Numbered from the stretch's first letter, positions 47,165 through 59,854 are shown. The stretch: DNA of 64,000 nucleotides from Heterodontus francisci (GCF_036365525.1 NC_090404.1:13110550-13174549), one strand, 5' to 3'. The notes: generated by a model from the sequence alone, not told the origin. Numbers and translations are program-made.

Positions 47165-50100
47165 AATTTATATAGCACCTTTTATGCAATCCCGCTTCAT
47201 AGGAGTGGTAGAAAGCAAAATTTGATACTGAGCCACATAAGGAGAAGTTGGGGCAAATGGTCAAAAGTTTGGTCAAAGAGGTAGGTTTTAAGGAGCATCT
47301 TATAAGGAAGAAAGAGAACGAGAGAGATGGAGATGTTTAGGGAGGGAATTCCAGAGCTAAGGTCCAGACAGCTGAAGGTGTGGTCACCAATGGTGGAGCA
47401 ATTAAAATGGGGATACTCCAGGCACCAGAAATAGATGAGCGCAGAAATCTCAGATGGTTGTGTGGGTGGAGAAGGTTACAGAGGACTTTAAAAAAAAAAA
47501 AAAAAAATTAAAATGAGAATTTTAAAATCGAGATATGATTTAACTGGGAGCCACTGCAGGCCAGTCAGCATGGGGGTGATGGGTGAACGGGATTTGGTGC
47601 AATTTAGGACACTGGCAGCAAAGTTTTTGATGTCAATTTTACAGATGGTAGAATAGAGTCATAGAGTCCTACAGCATAGAAACACGCCCTTCGGCCCACC
47701 GCGTCCGTGCCGACCATAATGCCTATCTATACTAATCCCACCTGCCTGCATTAATCCCTCTATGCCTTGCTCATTCAAGTACCTGTCCAGATGCCTCTTA
47801 AATGTTGCTACTGTTCCTGCCTCCACGACCTCCTCAGGCAGCTCCTTCCAGATACCCACTATTCATTGTGTGAAAAATGTACCCCTTTGATCCCCTTTAA
47901 ACCTCCTCCCTCTCACCTTAAATCTATGCCCTCTAGTTTTAGTCACCCCGACCATAGGAAACAGACTCTGGCTGTCTACCCTATCTATGCATCTCATAAA
48001 TTTTATATACCTCTACCATGTCTCCTCTCAGCCTCCTTCGCTCTAGGGAAAACAGACCCAGCCTATCCAATCTCTCTTTATAACTCAAGCCCTCCAAACC
48101 AGGCAACATCCTTGTGAATCTTTTCTGCACCCTCTCCAGCTTAATCACATCTTTCCTGTAGTGCAGCGACCAGAACTGCACACAGTACTCCAAATGCGGC
48201 TTAACCAACGTTATGTACAACTGTAACATGATGTCCCAACTCTTGTACTCAATGTCTTGGCCGATGGAAGGCAAGCATGCTATACGCCTTCTTCACCCTT
48301 TCTACCTGTGTTGCCACTTTCAGGGAACTATCTACTTGCACCCCAAGGTCCCTCTGCTCAACAACACTCCCCAGCGCCCTGCCATTCACTGTATATGTCG
48401 TGCCCTGGTTTAACTTCCCAAAATGCATCACTTCGCACTGTCTGCGTTAAATTCCATTTGCCAATCCGTTGCCCACTTTCCCAGTTTATCTATAATACTG
48501 TTGTAACCTTAGACAACCTTCTTCACTGTCCACTATACCACCAATTTTGGTGTCATCTGCAAACTTACTAATCATGCCCCCTACATTCACATCCAAGTCA
48601 TTCATATATATGACAAACAACAGAGGGCCGATCGCCGATCCCTGCAGCACACCACTGGTCACCAGCCTCCACTACCACCCTCTGCCTCCTATCACCAAGC
48701 CAATTTTGTATCCAATTGGCTAGCTCACTCTGGATCCCTTCTGGACCAGCCTACCATGCGGGACCTTCTCAAAGGGGGAGGTCAGCCCAGCAGTGTGTTA
48801 AATATTCAGGTCTGGAAGTATTGAAGGCATGAATGGGCATTTCAGCAGCAGATGAATTAAAATGGACAGAGTCAGGTGATGTTACAGAGGTGGAAGTAGG
48901 TGATCTTAGTGATGATGTGCATATTGGTCGGAAGCTTTTATCGGGTCAAATATGACACCAAGGTCTGGTTCAGCACAGAGTTGTCAGGGAGTTTGTGTTA
49001 AGTGAGCAGAGTTTGGAGCAGGGAATGAAAACAGGATCTTGGGTCTTCCCAATGTTTAGTTGTAGGATATTTCTGCCTATCCAGTACTGGATGTTGGTAA
49101 GGCAGTCTGATGATTAGCAATGGTGGAGGAGTCCAAAGAGGTAGAGCTGGGTTATGGTCAGCATAATGTGAAACTTGACGCTGTGTTTTCACATGATATC
49201 ACTGAGGGGCAGGGTGTAGATGAGAAATGGGAGTGGCCAAGGATAAATCCTTGGGGAACATGAGAGGTAACAGTATGAATGGGAAGAGAAACCATTGCAG
49301 GTGATTCTCTGCCTACAATTAGATAGATAAGAATGGAACCATGTGAGGCAGTCCCACCCAGCTGGATGACAATGGAGCAGTTCTGGAGGAGGATGGTGTG
49401 GTCAACCATGTCAAAGGCTGCAGACAAGTCGAAAAGGACGAGAAAGGATAGTTTACCTTTGTCACAGTCACATAGGATGCCATTTGTGACTTTGATAAGT
49501 ACCGTCTCAATATTGTGGTCGTGGCAGAAATCTGTTTGGAGGGATACAAACATAGAGTCCTGGAAAAGATGGATACAGATTTGGAAGGTGACAGCACATT
49601 TAAGGACTTTGGAGCAGAAAGAGAGATTGGAGATAAGATGGTAGTTTGCAAGGACGGTGGGTCAAGGGTATAATATCAGTTAACATGGAACCAGGAAGGA
49701 AACTTGAGTGGTCGGAGAGGGCATGAGTTGAGGTGGAGAGAAACAAGAAAAAGATATAAGGTTAGGGTACAGGGGAACATTAGGGGAAGTTTGGCCCAAT
49801 GGGCTGGGGGGAAGACAGGGAAGCAGCAGAATGGATAGACTCAATCTCACTGATAGTTGGAGTTGAGGGAGGAGGAGACAGGATAGAGGGGTTAAGAAGA
49901 TGGTTTGCAGTGGAGAAGGGATCCTGGAATAATGAGCAGTTTTAGCAGATGAGAGCAGATCTGATAGTTCTTTATGTGGTCCATCAAGAACTGGCAATGA
50001 ATGGCTTAAACAGTTCTCTGGCCTATAAGTTCAAATCTCTGTCTGTTGGACTGAAGGGAGTGGAGATGAGGGCTGTACCGGGGGAATGACCAGGGTGAGA

Positions 50101-50555
50101 GAGAATGGTTTTAATGGGGACTAAGGCATCAAAAGTGGAGGTGAGGGTGTGGTTGAACAGATCAATAGCTACAGAAACGTGGTGAATGCAGGGTCAAATG
50201 TTAGACAGTTGGGATTTTGAAAGCGCAGTTGTAAGTGAATTGGGAGAGATATTTTTCCAGGGGCAGTCACAGATGGAAGTAGGGTTGGGTGGGAAAAGGG
50301 GATGTGAGGGGAGAGTGATACATGGAAGTGATCAGAAATGGCCATATCTGTGATTGATACAATGGGAGTAACGAGATTGCTTAAGGTAACAAGGTCGAGG
50401 TGGTGGCCATGTATATGGATGGGGGAGTTAACATGGAGGGAGAGATTAAGGGAGGATTGGAGGGCAGTAAATTCAGAGGAGAGAGCAGGATGAGTTGAGG
50501 TGCAGTTGAAATCAACAAGAATGAGTAGTCGCTTGGTGCAGAAGGTGGAGAACAT
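47165..50555 (-). mobile_element. Degenerate L2 LINE (EN to tail), interrupted by a CR1
   Basis: ETVLIKVTNGIL...LFDLSAAFDMVDHTILL, HVPQGFILG, LDLV...ISDH motifs; tail near 47170. Confidence 0.8.
47655..48775 (-). mobile_element. CR1 3' portion
   Basis: LEYCVQFWSLHY and RRLRGD motifs; tail gggccgaagggcgtgtttctatgctgtaggactctatgactct. Confidence 0.88.
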
Positions 50556-51024
50556 TAAAGATATTTCAGTGTGAAAATTGGCACAGTACTGCCATTTGAG
50601 GAAGAGTGTTCCAAACTTTTATCACCTTTTTGTTTGTAGAAGTGTTTCCTAACTTCACTCCTGACAGATCTGGCTCTGATTTCAAGACTATCTCCCCTAG
50701 TCCTGGACTCAGCAACCAGTGGAAATAGGGTAGATAGTTTCTCTCTATCAGTTACCTTTAATATGTGGAAAACTTTGATCAAATCACCCCCTAAGCTTTA
50801 AATTCCAGGGTATATAACCTAGTTTGTGTAATCTCTTGTCCTAATTTAATCTTTAGAGTCCAGTTAACATTCTGGTGAATCTAGATAGTATTCCTTCCAT
50901 AGGGAGAGATAAACTTTCACATGGTGTACTTGATGTTGTTGTTAGATGGTAAAGATGGAGGTGGGAGTGTGTAGAATGGGGAATTTATAGCTAAGGAGGA
51001 ACAGGAAGGGACAAAATGATCTAT

Positions 51025-51620
51025 ACAAACTAGAATCGTCTGTTTTGAATTTCTATCCTATACTAAGGCAGCAAATGTTGTAAAAATAATTTTACGAGAA
51101 TTAGAATAGGGATATGAATATACGAATTAGGGGCAGGAGAAGGCCACTTGGCCCCTTGAGCCTGCTCCACCATTCAACAAGATCATGGCTGACCTGATTG
51201 TAACCTCAACTCCACATTCCCGTCTACCCCCTTGCTTATTAACAACCTATCTACTGCTGGCTTTAAAATATTCAGAGTGCTTCCACTGCCTTTTGAGGAA
51301 GAGAGTTCCAAAGATTCACGAACCTCAGAGAGAAAAAATTCTCCTCATCTCTGCCTTAAAGGATTTACATATGGTAACTTCAAATCAAACATGGCATCAA
51401 GATCTAACAGAGTCACTTGATTCATCAGGACCTGAATATCGTCGGTTTTGTGATATAGAACGAAAAAGCACCAATCACAAGGTGAGAAATAGTGCACATG
51501 TTCTGTATGTGAACAAACCTTCAACCAATTGTATGGCCTGGTGAGACGCCTGCGCCCACCTGAATTAATAGCATGGGGACTCTGGGAACAGATTCATTTG
51601 CCGTCTGAACTGGAACGCAG
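51025..51620 (+). pseudogene. Old remnant of a ZNF exon 5' region, with a CR1 tail inserted at about 51115-51360
   Basis: Reads SNQTWHQDLTESLDSSGPEYRRF, followed by a decayed first finger. Confidence 0.65.
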
Positions 51621-51649
51621 AAAATTATTTCCCATTTATGACCTAAGGA

Positions 51650-52050
51650 AATGGCTGTACCCAGCATTCCAGACGGAAGTGAATGTGCCCTAGTCACACT
51701 AACAGGAGCTCAGTGCGCAGGCGCAATGCTGGACAGCATCTGGAGCATGCGCAGTGTCACTGATCATAGCCGAGCGAATGTTGGAGAGGGCTTTATAGCA
51801 GGTGAGAGTCGGCGGGGCGCAGGGGAGGAATGGAGGAGCCAGCAGATGGGCGGGGAGGCTTCAGAAACACCTGGTGTAGGCCGAAAGTCCCAAATAAAAA
51901 CCTCCAGATCCCGCGTTTGCAACTCAGGCGATTTTTCTCGGAAGCGGTCCCGATATCGGCCGCCATCTTGGCTGAGCGGAGAGCAGGCCGCATGCGTGTC
52001 AAATTGGTGATGACGCAAAGAGTGGGCGGGGCTTCAGGGTCCCAGTGCCC
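51650..52050 (+). promoter_or_regulatory. CpG promoter and exon 1 of ZNF H
   Basis: ETS cggaagtg, NRF1-like gcatgcgc, donor cag|gtgaga after 51801, then ccgccatcttg (YY1), cgcatgcg and tgggcggggc. Confidence 0.72.
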
Positions 52051-52678
52051 AGGACAGAAAATCATTGACTCATTGATTTGATTCTCACTCTGCAACACAG
52101 GGGCTGGAGAACTGAACCGAGCTAGAGTAAAGGGAAGGAGAAAACTGGCCGTGGAGGAAAGAAATGGTGCGATGGGTTTGTATTTCAACACCGGGAGGAG
52201 AGAGAATGTTCGGGACGGGGATTTACAGCTTTGGGGGAACAACAGAGGAAAAATATTCTATGAAAACTAAAATTGTCTGTTGTGTATTTCTACCCTAGAC
52301 TTGCAGTGATGGCTTTAGTAAACTCCTTTTACGGTGGATTTGAAGGGGACGATTTGCAAACTCAAACCACATCACGTCAAGAACTGACAGTCACTTAATT
52401 CGCCAGGGCCTGAATATCATCAGCCTTTGAATGAGGAAGGAGAAATGTTTGTCTCTTCTGTCTGTGGGAAAAGATTTCAAACATCAGTGTGACTGGAAAA
52501 GCACCGAGACACACACACCCGAGTGAGAGTGTTCCAGTGCACTGACTGTGGAAAGAGCTTTAACCAGTTAGACAGCCTGTGTACCATTCACATTGGGGAG
52601 AAACTGTGCACGTGTTCTGTGTGTGGATGAGGCCTCAACTGATCATCCAAGCTGGAGAGACACAAGAATACCCACACC

Positions 52679-53521
52679 ATGGAGAAACCATGGAAATGTG
52701 GGGACTGCGGGAAAGGTTTCAGTTACCCATCACTGCTGGATACACATCGCCGCAGTCACACAGGGGAGAGGCCATTCACCTGCTCTGTCTGTGGGAAGGG
52801 ATTCACTGAAGCATCCCATCTTTTGAGACACAAGCACATTCACACTGGGGAGAGGCCGTTCACCTGCTCCATTTGTGGAAAAGGTTTTAATCAATCATCC
52901 ACCTTGCTGACACACCAGCGAGTTCACACTGGGGAGTGGCCATTCACCTGCTCAGTGTGTGAGAAGGGTTTCACTCGGTCATCCCACCTACTGACACACC
53001 AGCGAGTTCACACTGGGGAGAAGCCATTCACCTGCTCAGTGTGTGAGAAGGGATTCACTGAAGCATCCCACCTGCTGAGACACCAGCGCATTCACACTGG
53101 GGAGAGGCCGTTCACCTGCTCCACTTGTGGGCAGGGATTTAAGCAATCATCCCACCTGCTGACGCACCAGCGAGTTCACACTGGGCAGTGGCCATTCACC
53201 TGCTCCATGTGTGGAAAGGGATTTACTAATTCATCCCACCTTCTGACACACCAGCAAGTTCACACAAGGGAAAGGCGATTCACCTGCTCAGTGTGTGAGA
53301 AGGGATTCATTAATTCATCCCTCCTGCTGAGACACCAGCGCATTCACACAGGGGAGAGGCCGTTCACCTGCTCCATTTGTGGAGAGGGATTTAATCGATC
53401 ATCCACCCTGCTGTCACATCAGCGAGTTCACACTGGGGAGAGGCCATTCACTTGCTCCGTGTGCGGAAAGGGATTCACTCAGTCATCCAACCTGCTGAGA
53501 CATCAGCAAGTTCACATGTGA
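52679..53521 (+). CDS. C2H2 zinc-finger protein H (280 aa, 10 fingers)
   Basis: caccATGg start and ten intact fingers with TGE(R/K/W)PF-type linkers. Confidence 0.88.
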   Translation: MEKPWKCGDCGKGFSYPSLLDTHRRSHTGERPFTCSVCGKGFTEASHLLRHKHIHTGERPFTCSICGKGFNQSSTLLTHQRVHTGEWPFTCSVCEKGFTRSSHLLTHQRVHTGEKPFTCSVCEKGFTEASHLLRHQRIHTGERPFTCSTCGQGFKQSSHLLTHQRVHTGQWPFTCSMCGKGFTNSSHLLTHQQVHTRERRFTCSVCEKGFINSSLLLRHQRIHTGERPFTCSICGEGFNRSSTLLSHQRVHTGERPFTCSVCGKGFTQSSNLLRHQQVHM

Positions 53522-53914
53522 CTGGAGGGGTTGGATTCTGCTATTATTGCTGCTGTTAATCATATCCAGAACTGAATCTTGACTGGAAGCCTGTTTCCAC
53601 AGGGTTCTCAGCATTAGGCTGCTTGCCTTTCAAGGTTATATAGCAATGATTTAGACTTAAATGTAGGAGCCATGATAAGAAGTTTGCAGATGATACAAAA
53701 AATGATCATGTCCTTGATAATAAAGAAGAAAGCTGTAGAGTACAGAAAGATATCAATGAATTCATCAGGTGGGCTGAGAAGTGGCAAATGGAATTGAATC
53801 TGGAAACGTGTGAGGTAATGCTTTTGGGGACGGCAAACAAGGCAAGGGAATGCACAATAATATGGTAGGATGAAAAGTGTTGAAGGACAGAGTGTATAAA
53901 AGTAGGGCGATTAT

Positions 53915-54232
53915 TTATTTAGAGATACAGCACTGAAACAGTCCCTTCGGCCCACTGAGTCTGTGCCGACCATCAACCACCCATTTTATACTAATCCTAC
54001 ATTAATCCCATATTCCTTACCACATCCCCACCATTCTCCTACCACCTACCTACCTACACTAGGGGCAATTTACCTATCAACCTGCAAGTCTTTGGCTGTG
54101 GGAGGAAACCGGAGCACCTGGCGGAAACCCACACAGTCACAGGGAGAACTTGCAAACTCCACACAGGCAGTACCCAGAATTGAACCCGGGTCACTAGAGC
54201 TGTGAGGCTGCAGTGCTAGCCACTGCGCCACC
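53915..54232 (-). mobile_element. V-SINE (HE1-like)
   Basis: Reverse complement of the 46438 element, inserted in a CR1 fragment. Confidence 0.88.
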
Positions 54233-54559
54233 CAAATTATGCTGGAACTGGATAAAATACTAGTTACAGCACCACCCCGCTCCCCCCACCCCCAGCTAGA
54301 GAACAGTGTACAGATCTGGTCTCTGCATTAATCAACTTTAAAATAAGACAAGATCTAATAATTAGCATAAAACTAAAGCCAATTTGCTAATTTATCATAT
54401 AATTACAGTCAGTGTTCAAATAATCAATCAGATCCAGGGGATAAAGTTAAATAACAAGCGATAGTGACAATAAAGTATTCTGAATTTTTCAGTAAATTAA
54501 AATCTGAGATATATAGATAATAGTTCAGCAAAACATTTCAGTTAACACTGTATACACAA

Positions 54560-55920
54560 TAAAGTGACATCAGCACAAAGTGAACAGCTGATCGGTGAGT
54601 AGCTGATGAGTTTTTATTTATTTAAATCGTCAGTTTATTCCAGTTAAGTCAATTAATAGTCTAATAAATAAAGGAATGGCAGGGCATCTCAGTCTGGTGG
54701 AGGGAACATCCTGTTCCATGTGGGATCCCCAGAAACTTTTCATGTCCTGGACAACCACATGTGCAGGAAGTGTTGTCAGCTGGAGCTGCAGGAAGCAAAG
54801 GGTAATGATCAAGAGATGTTTTTGTGACTGGAAGGCTGTTTCCAGTGAAGTTCCACATGGTTCAGTACTTTATCAATATTAGTGTCAATATGTATCAATA
54901 ATTTAGACTTTAACGTCAGGGGCACGATTAAGATGTTGGCAGTCTTGTGGTTGATAGTGAGGAAGAAAGCTGTCGACTGCAAGAAAATATCAATGGACTG
55001 GTCAAGTGAGCAGAAAATTGACAAATGGAGTTCAATTCAGAGAATTTGGGGAAGGCTAACAAGGCAAGGAAATACAATATTACTGGTAGAATACTGAGAA
55101 GTATAGAGGAACAGAGAGACCATGGAGTGGATGTTCACAGATCTGTGAAGGTAGTAGGACAGGTAGATAAAGTGGTTAAGAATGCATACGGGATAATTTC
55201 CATAATTAGCCAAGGCATACAATATTAGAGCAGAGGGTATTTCCAGCATTTTCTGTTGATAAAAGGTCACAGACCTGAAACATTAACTCAGTTTTCCTTT
55301 CCACAGAAGCTGCTGGACCTGCTCAGTATTTCCAGCAGTTTCTGAAAGAGCAGGGAGGTTATGCGAGACCTGAATACAACACTAGTTGGACCACAGCTAG
55401 CGTACTGCATACCGTTCCGGAGTCATTGCATCACAGGATAGGTGTAATCACACCAGAGAGGTTACAGAGGAGATTTATGAAGATGTTGGCAAGACTGGAG
55501 AATTTTAGCTATGAGGAAAGATTAGATAGGCTGGGGTTGTTTTGGTTGAGAGAAGATTTAATTGGGTTGAATAAAATTAGAGGGCCCTAGAGAGTGGATA
55601 GGAAGGACTGATTTCTTTTAGCAGGGAGGATAATAACCAGGGGAACATATATTTTAAGTAATTCGCAGAAGCCTTAAAGCGAAGTTGAGAAATCATTTCA
55701 CCTGGGGGTGGGGGGGAGTTGGTGGGACCCACTGCCTGAAAGGGTAATAGAGGCAGAAACCCTCATCACAATTTAAAAAAAAAACATTTGGATATGCACT
55801 TGGGTTTCTGTAACTGACAGGGCAATGGACCAAGAGCTGGAAAGTGGGATTAGGCTGGATAGCTCTGTTTTTGGCCAGCATAGATACGATGGGCTGAATG
55901 GCCTCCTGCTCCATAAGTTT
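54560..55920 (+). mobile_element. Internally deleted CR1 (ORF1 start joined to RT 3' end) with a Penelope-like insert at about 55240-55345
   Basis: TSCSMWD...HMCRKC-type ORF1 start, EVPHGSVL, CR1 tail at about 55890-55915. Confidence 0.7.
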
Positions 55921-55929
55921 TTTATTCTG

Positions 55930-56740
55930 AAAGTTAGGGTTTATTTCTGCTGATGTTAATAACCACTCTACCTGGGCTGAAATTTACTATTCTGGATAGA
56001 TTAGAAATAATTCAGTTTTGTTTTAAACGCATTATTGTAGATTTTTGTCTTTCTCACCTGAGTGTTTAGCATCACCCGGCTGGAGCTCAGGAAGGACAAT
56101 CTGGGGGGAGGATCGTACGACAGGAACAGAACTTCAGCCTGGACACAGTCCTTCAGGATCACACTGATTGGAACAAACAGCACTTTGGTCTTTCTCGTCT
56201 CTGTTCACTGACAACAAAGTCCACATGTGGGTTAATCCTGAGGTGTGTAAGAAATGTGTCCCAGCTGCTCTCTTCCACGGTTCAGAGCTCCTGGGCACGG
56301 AACATAAGGCTCCTTTACAACTGTGTTTAAAGTCAGGAAGAACAACAGGTGAATGCTGGAAACGTGCTGTCAAATCAGAGACTGGTGTAAAACTGTGATC
56401 TGTTCCTGATGAAACGATGGTTTAAGTTCCCAGTCTGAAAATTACTTGTGTAATTATTCTATGAACATTTAACATGTTTGTGTGACAGTCCTGAGTCCAT
56501 CATTTTAAGACAAGTGTAAACTCATTTAAAATAAAACCCATTTAATATAAATAGATTAAAGTCCACATTAAAATATTACTCAGAGGAGTTTACAGGAGCC
56601 TGTTAACTGCTGGCAGAATTACACAACAGACATTTGATCACCAGATAATGAAGGACCTGCAGTGTGTTTCCAGGAGTTCCATGCTTTATTGATGTGTGTG
56701 TGTTAGACACCAGGATAACTAAAAATAAATGACCCGGAAC
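55930..56740 (+). repeat. ZNF-associated 3' conserved element, copy D (longest uninterrupted copy)
   Basis: Aligns with A, B and C; AATAAA near 56530. Confidence 0.85.
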
Positions 56741-57449
56741 ATGCACATGGATGCAATCCCGACAGTTACTCTGGGCTTGCTCCCACTGTGAAACTCCACC
56801 ACTGACCCTGCTGAAGGTTGTAGGCTCAGGGAGTGGGGCTTCCAGGAGTGGACTGTAAGAAAGCTGGGTTTCAGTATCCTTATAAATATATGGTGAGGAA
56901 CCAGAGAAATCCTTACTAAGGAACTGTCTGGGGTTTTACCTGCCAGTGAAGGTGTAGGGGTGAATCATTCCCGAACTGTCTTACATTGAACCCAGTTTGG
57001 ATCAACATACGAATTAGGAACAGAAGTAGGCCATTCGGCCCCTCGTGCCTGCTCCGCCATTCAAAAAGATCATGGCTGATCTGTTTGTGTCTCAAATTCC
57101 ACACTCCCATCTACATGATGAATTCAGTTTACAGGAGAATAGGGACAAATATCACCCACAATTGAGGGAAACAAAAAGCAGCGATTAAAGAGGCTAAGAG
57201 ATGGTGCACAATTGTGGTAATAATAGTAAAAGCTTTTCCAGCCAAATCAGGAATCAGAGACGTAGTAACATAGAGTTACAGAGAATTACAGTGAGTACAG
57301 AGTTACATCGAATCAACAGCAGTGATTTTCAAAGATTTTTGGTTGAAGGACCCCTTTCAAATGGATTAATAATCACAGACCCCCCACTTAAATTCTACTA
57401 TAAACTCCTTGTACATTTACATTTCTGAATGTAAAGTTCATCAGTGTCC

Positions 57450-58722
57450 TGTTAAAGGGACTTGCAGGAAAGTTTGCCAGGACTTTCCGATATAGTGAAC
57501 GTTGATGTGATTGGTGATGTAAAAACTTTAATCCTCCCTTCAGCTGAAAGGTAACCTGACAGGAAATATGCACTGAGTCTCATTGTAAAATTAATTTTTC
57601 AATGAAAATGATACATGTGAGTATTAACTCAGCTTTATATCACCTCCCAGTGGGACCGTCCTGTCGGTGCTGGGTCAGGCTCTGTCCAGCTCCACCAACC
57701 CCGGTAACATGGGTCATCTTGACATCCATGTGTGAGAAAGACAATCCCAGATCTGATTTGCTCCAAATTGAATATCATGTTTCATATTTCACACCTGGGA
57801 ATGGTTTGTTTATTGAGGGTAGGATCATCATTACAATGACAACACACACTGTGTCCACCCATCATTCTCCCCGGACTCACCATCGTCTTGCAGTTGGGAT
57901 TATGTATCTATGAAGAGGAGGTTGTTGCCCTGTCTTGACCACCCTGAATACTCTTGTGTGCAGACTTTTATCTGAACAGTTGACTTGTTGAATGTACTAT
58001 TAGGTGCAAGGACCTGTTTTTTTTTGAGACAGTCATTTACTGGAAAATGAAACTAAAAGCTTCAGAGTTCTGGGAAGTCAGAACCAGGTTAAATGAAATA
58101 GTCATGTGACCAGAGCTATTCAATGGTCAGATCACAGGTCTGCAGTGTGGAAGCAAGCTGCAGGCTGTTGTTCTTCCAGACAAGCTGTTGGTTTTTCAAG
58201 ACAGGCTGCAAAAAGGGAAGACTTGTTTCTGGGAGCTGGCCCTTGGCAAATATGAGTTGCTACAGCTGCTTTCAGTGACTTAAAGAGTTATGGGTGGAAC
58301 CAGGCCATGAAAACTGCTGTGAGCAGGACTGAGGACATTGAGAAGTGACAAGCCTGAAACATTATAGGGAAGACTGCAACACTCGCGATTGGCGAGGAGA
58401 CAATAAATCTGTGTTTGCATCTTGGAGGGCAGGAGTTGGAAATCCACCTGAAAAAGTTCATGGTTTTGAGGAACTTTATGACTATTCGGTGCCATCTTTG
58501 TCGAGAGGACGGCCGTGTAAATCTGTAAGGTCTATCTTTGTTGCATCTGATAATTAATGTGTAATCTTTAAGCAGATATATCACGAGTTACCTGTTAGTT
58601 CATGTGCATTTATGTTGCTTTTGATTTGAGTGTTAACGTTTATGAAAGTGAAATCTTGTCCATTTGGTCTTTCTATTGGGGTTGGTCAGTAAATACTATT
58701 CTTTTGTTTTGGTGATCTCCAC
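57450..58722 (+). mobile_element. Solo-LTR-like element (longer paralog of 9920-10244)
   Basis: Starts tgttaaaggg after a flank shared with 9795-9920; its 3' part matches 9924-10230. Confidence 0.5.
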
Positions 58723-59854
58723 AGGCAGTGACTTCACTGGCTCAGTGCGGATCCTGCCTCCCGATTCAACCTTGGGCACAAGTTGACACATGGTCTCCTC
58801 TCTCTGTCAACAGGCATGTACTCTCCAACTTCACACTCTGCACGCCGTGTTGCTGGCAGCTAGTCTTTTTAATCCTTTCTGGTGCACTGCCTATGCCTAT
58901 GATTAGTGGTGTTCCTAGTGTCTCATTGGTTCAGGCTGTGCGTGAACAGCCTCTGATATGGTTCTTTAGAGTGGCAATCACCTGCGGATGTCACTTCCTG
59001 ATTGGTTCCCTCAGGTGTCAGTCACCCGTGGGACAGTACCCCTCATTACAGCATTTTTCTTTTTGTCCTTTCATTAAATTTAATGGTTTTCTACTAAGAT
59101 TCTATGGCGCCTCCTGATATGCAGTACCCATCATTATACAATGGCACATTACACAGCCTCAAGATTAACACAGAAATTACAAAACTACTTCATGCATAAA
59201 ATCTACACATAACATGTATGAAACCAGTGTATAAAAACAATCAGTCTGTAAAGATGACATAACAAGATACACTTACGAAATACAGCAGGATACACTCAAG
59301 GAATACAGGCTCATAAGTAACAAGAGCAAAAGGAAAAAGACTACATAACGACAAAATTAATTCCTAAGTAATACATAGGACTGTTCTATAATTCAAAAGA
59401 AAGTGATTGATTCTTTTCAAGGCATTACTGTGCAATTAACTAGTTAATGCCTTATTAAAAGAACTAACTAATTTAAAACACAGAAGTCAAGGCTGAAGGC
59501 TCTGACAGTTGTTTTATTTATCAGGTATACCTTACAAGTTTTAATGGTTTGTGTCCAGACTCAGCTCCAGACACTGGACTATTCAACCTTGACTGTCTTC
59601 ACAGCAATAACTCTGATTAAACCACAAACTGTAGTTTTACATGTAGGCCTAGGCCATGTGGTATGTTTCACCTGTCAGATAAGAATGCAGCTACATCTTC
59701 ACAGATAAAGATGCAGTCACATGGGAACAGTGTCCGACACAGATTACAATTAAGTGGAATATAATATATGGTTAATTGACTAATATAATTCAACTACTGG
59801 AGTATGACAAATAATTGGACTACAAGCTATTAATTAAACAAGGATTTTACTACA
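58722..59854 (-). mobile_element. Paralog of the LTR-like element at 11768-13518, without the repeat expansion
   Basis: Aligns with 11923-13518 and ends ttttactaca at the same L2 junction. Confidence 0.6.

Noticed and set aside
52490-52492. Selenocysteine recoding of the in-frame TGAs
   Set aside because: The TGAs are not at Cys positions, several align to CGA in paralogs, one copy has TAA, and I could not identify a SECIS by eye.
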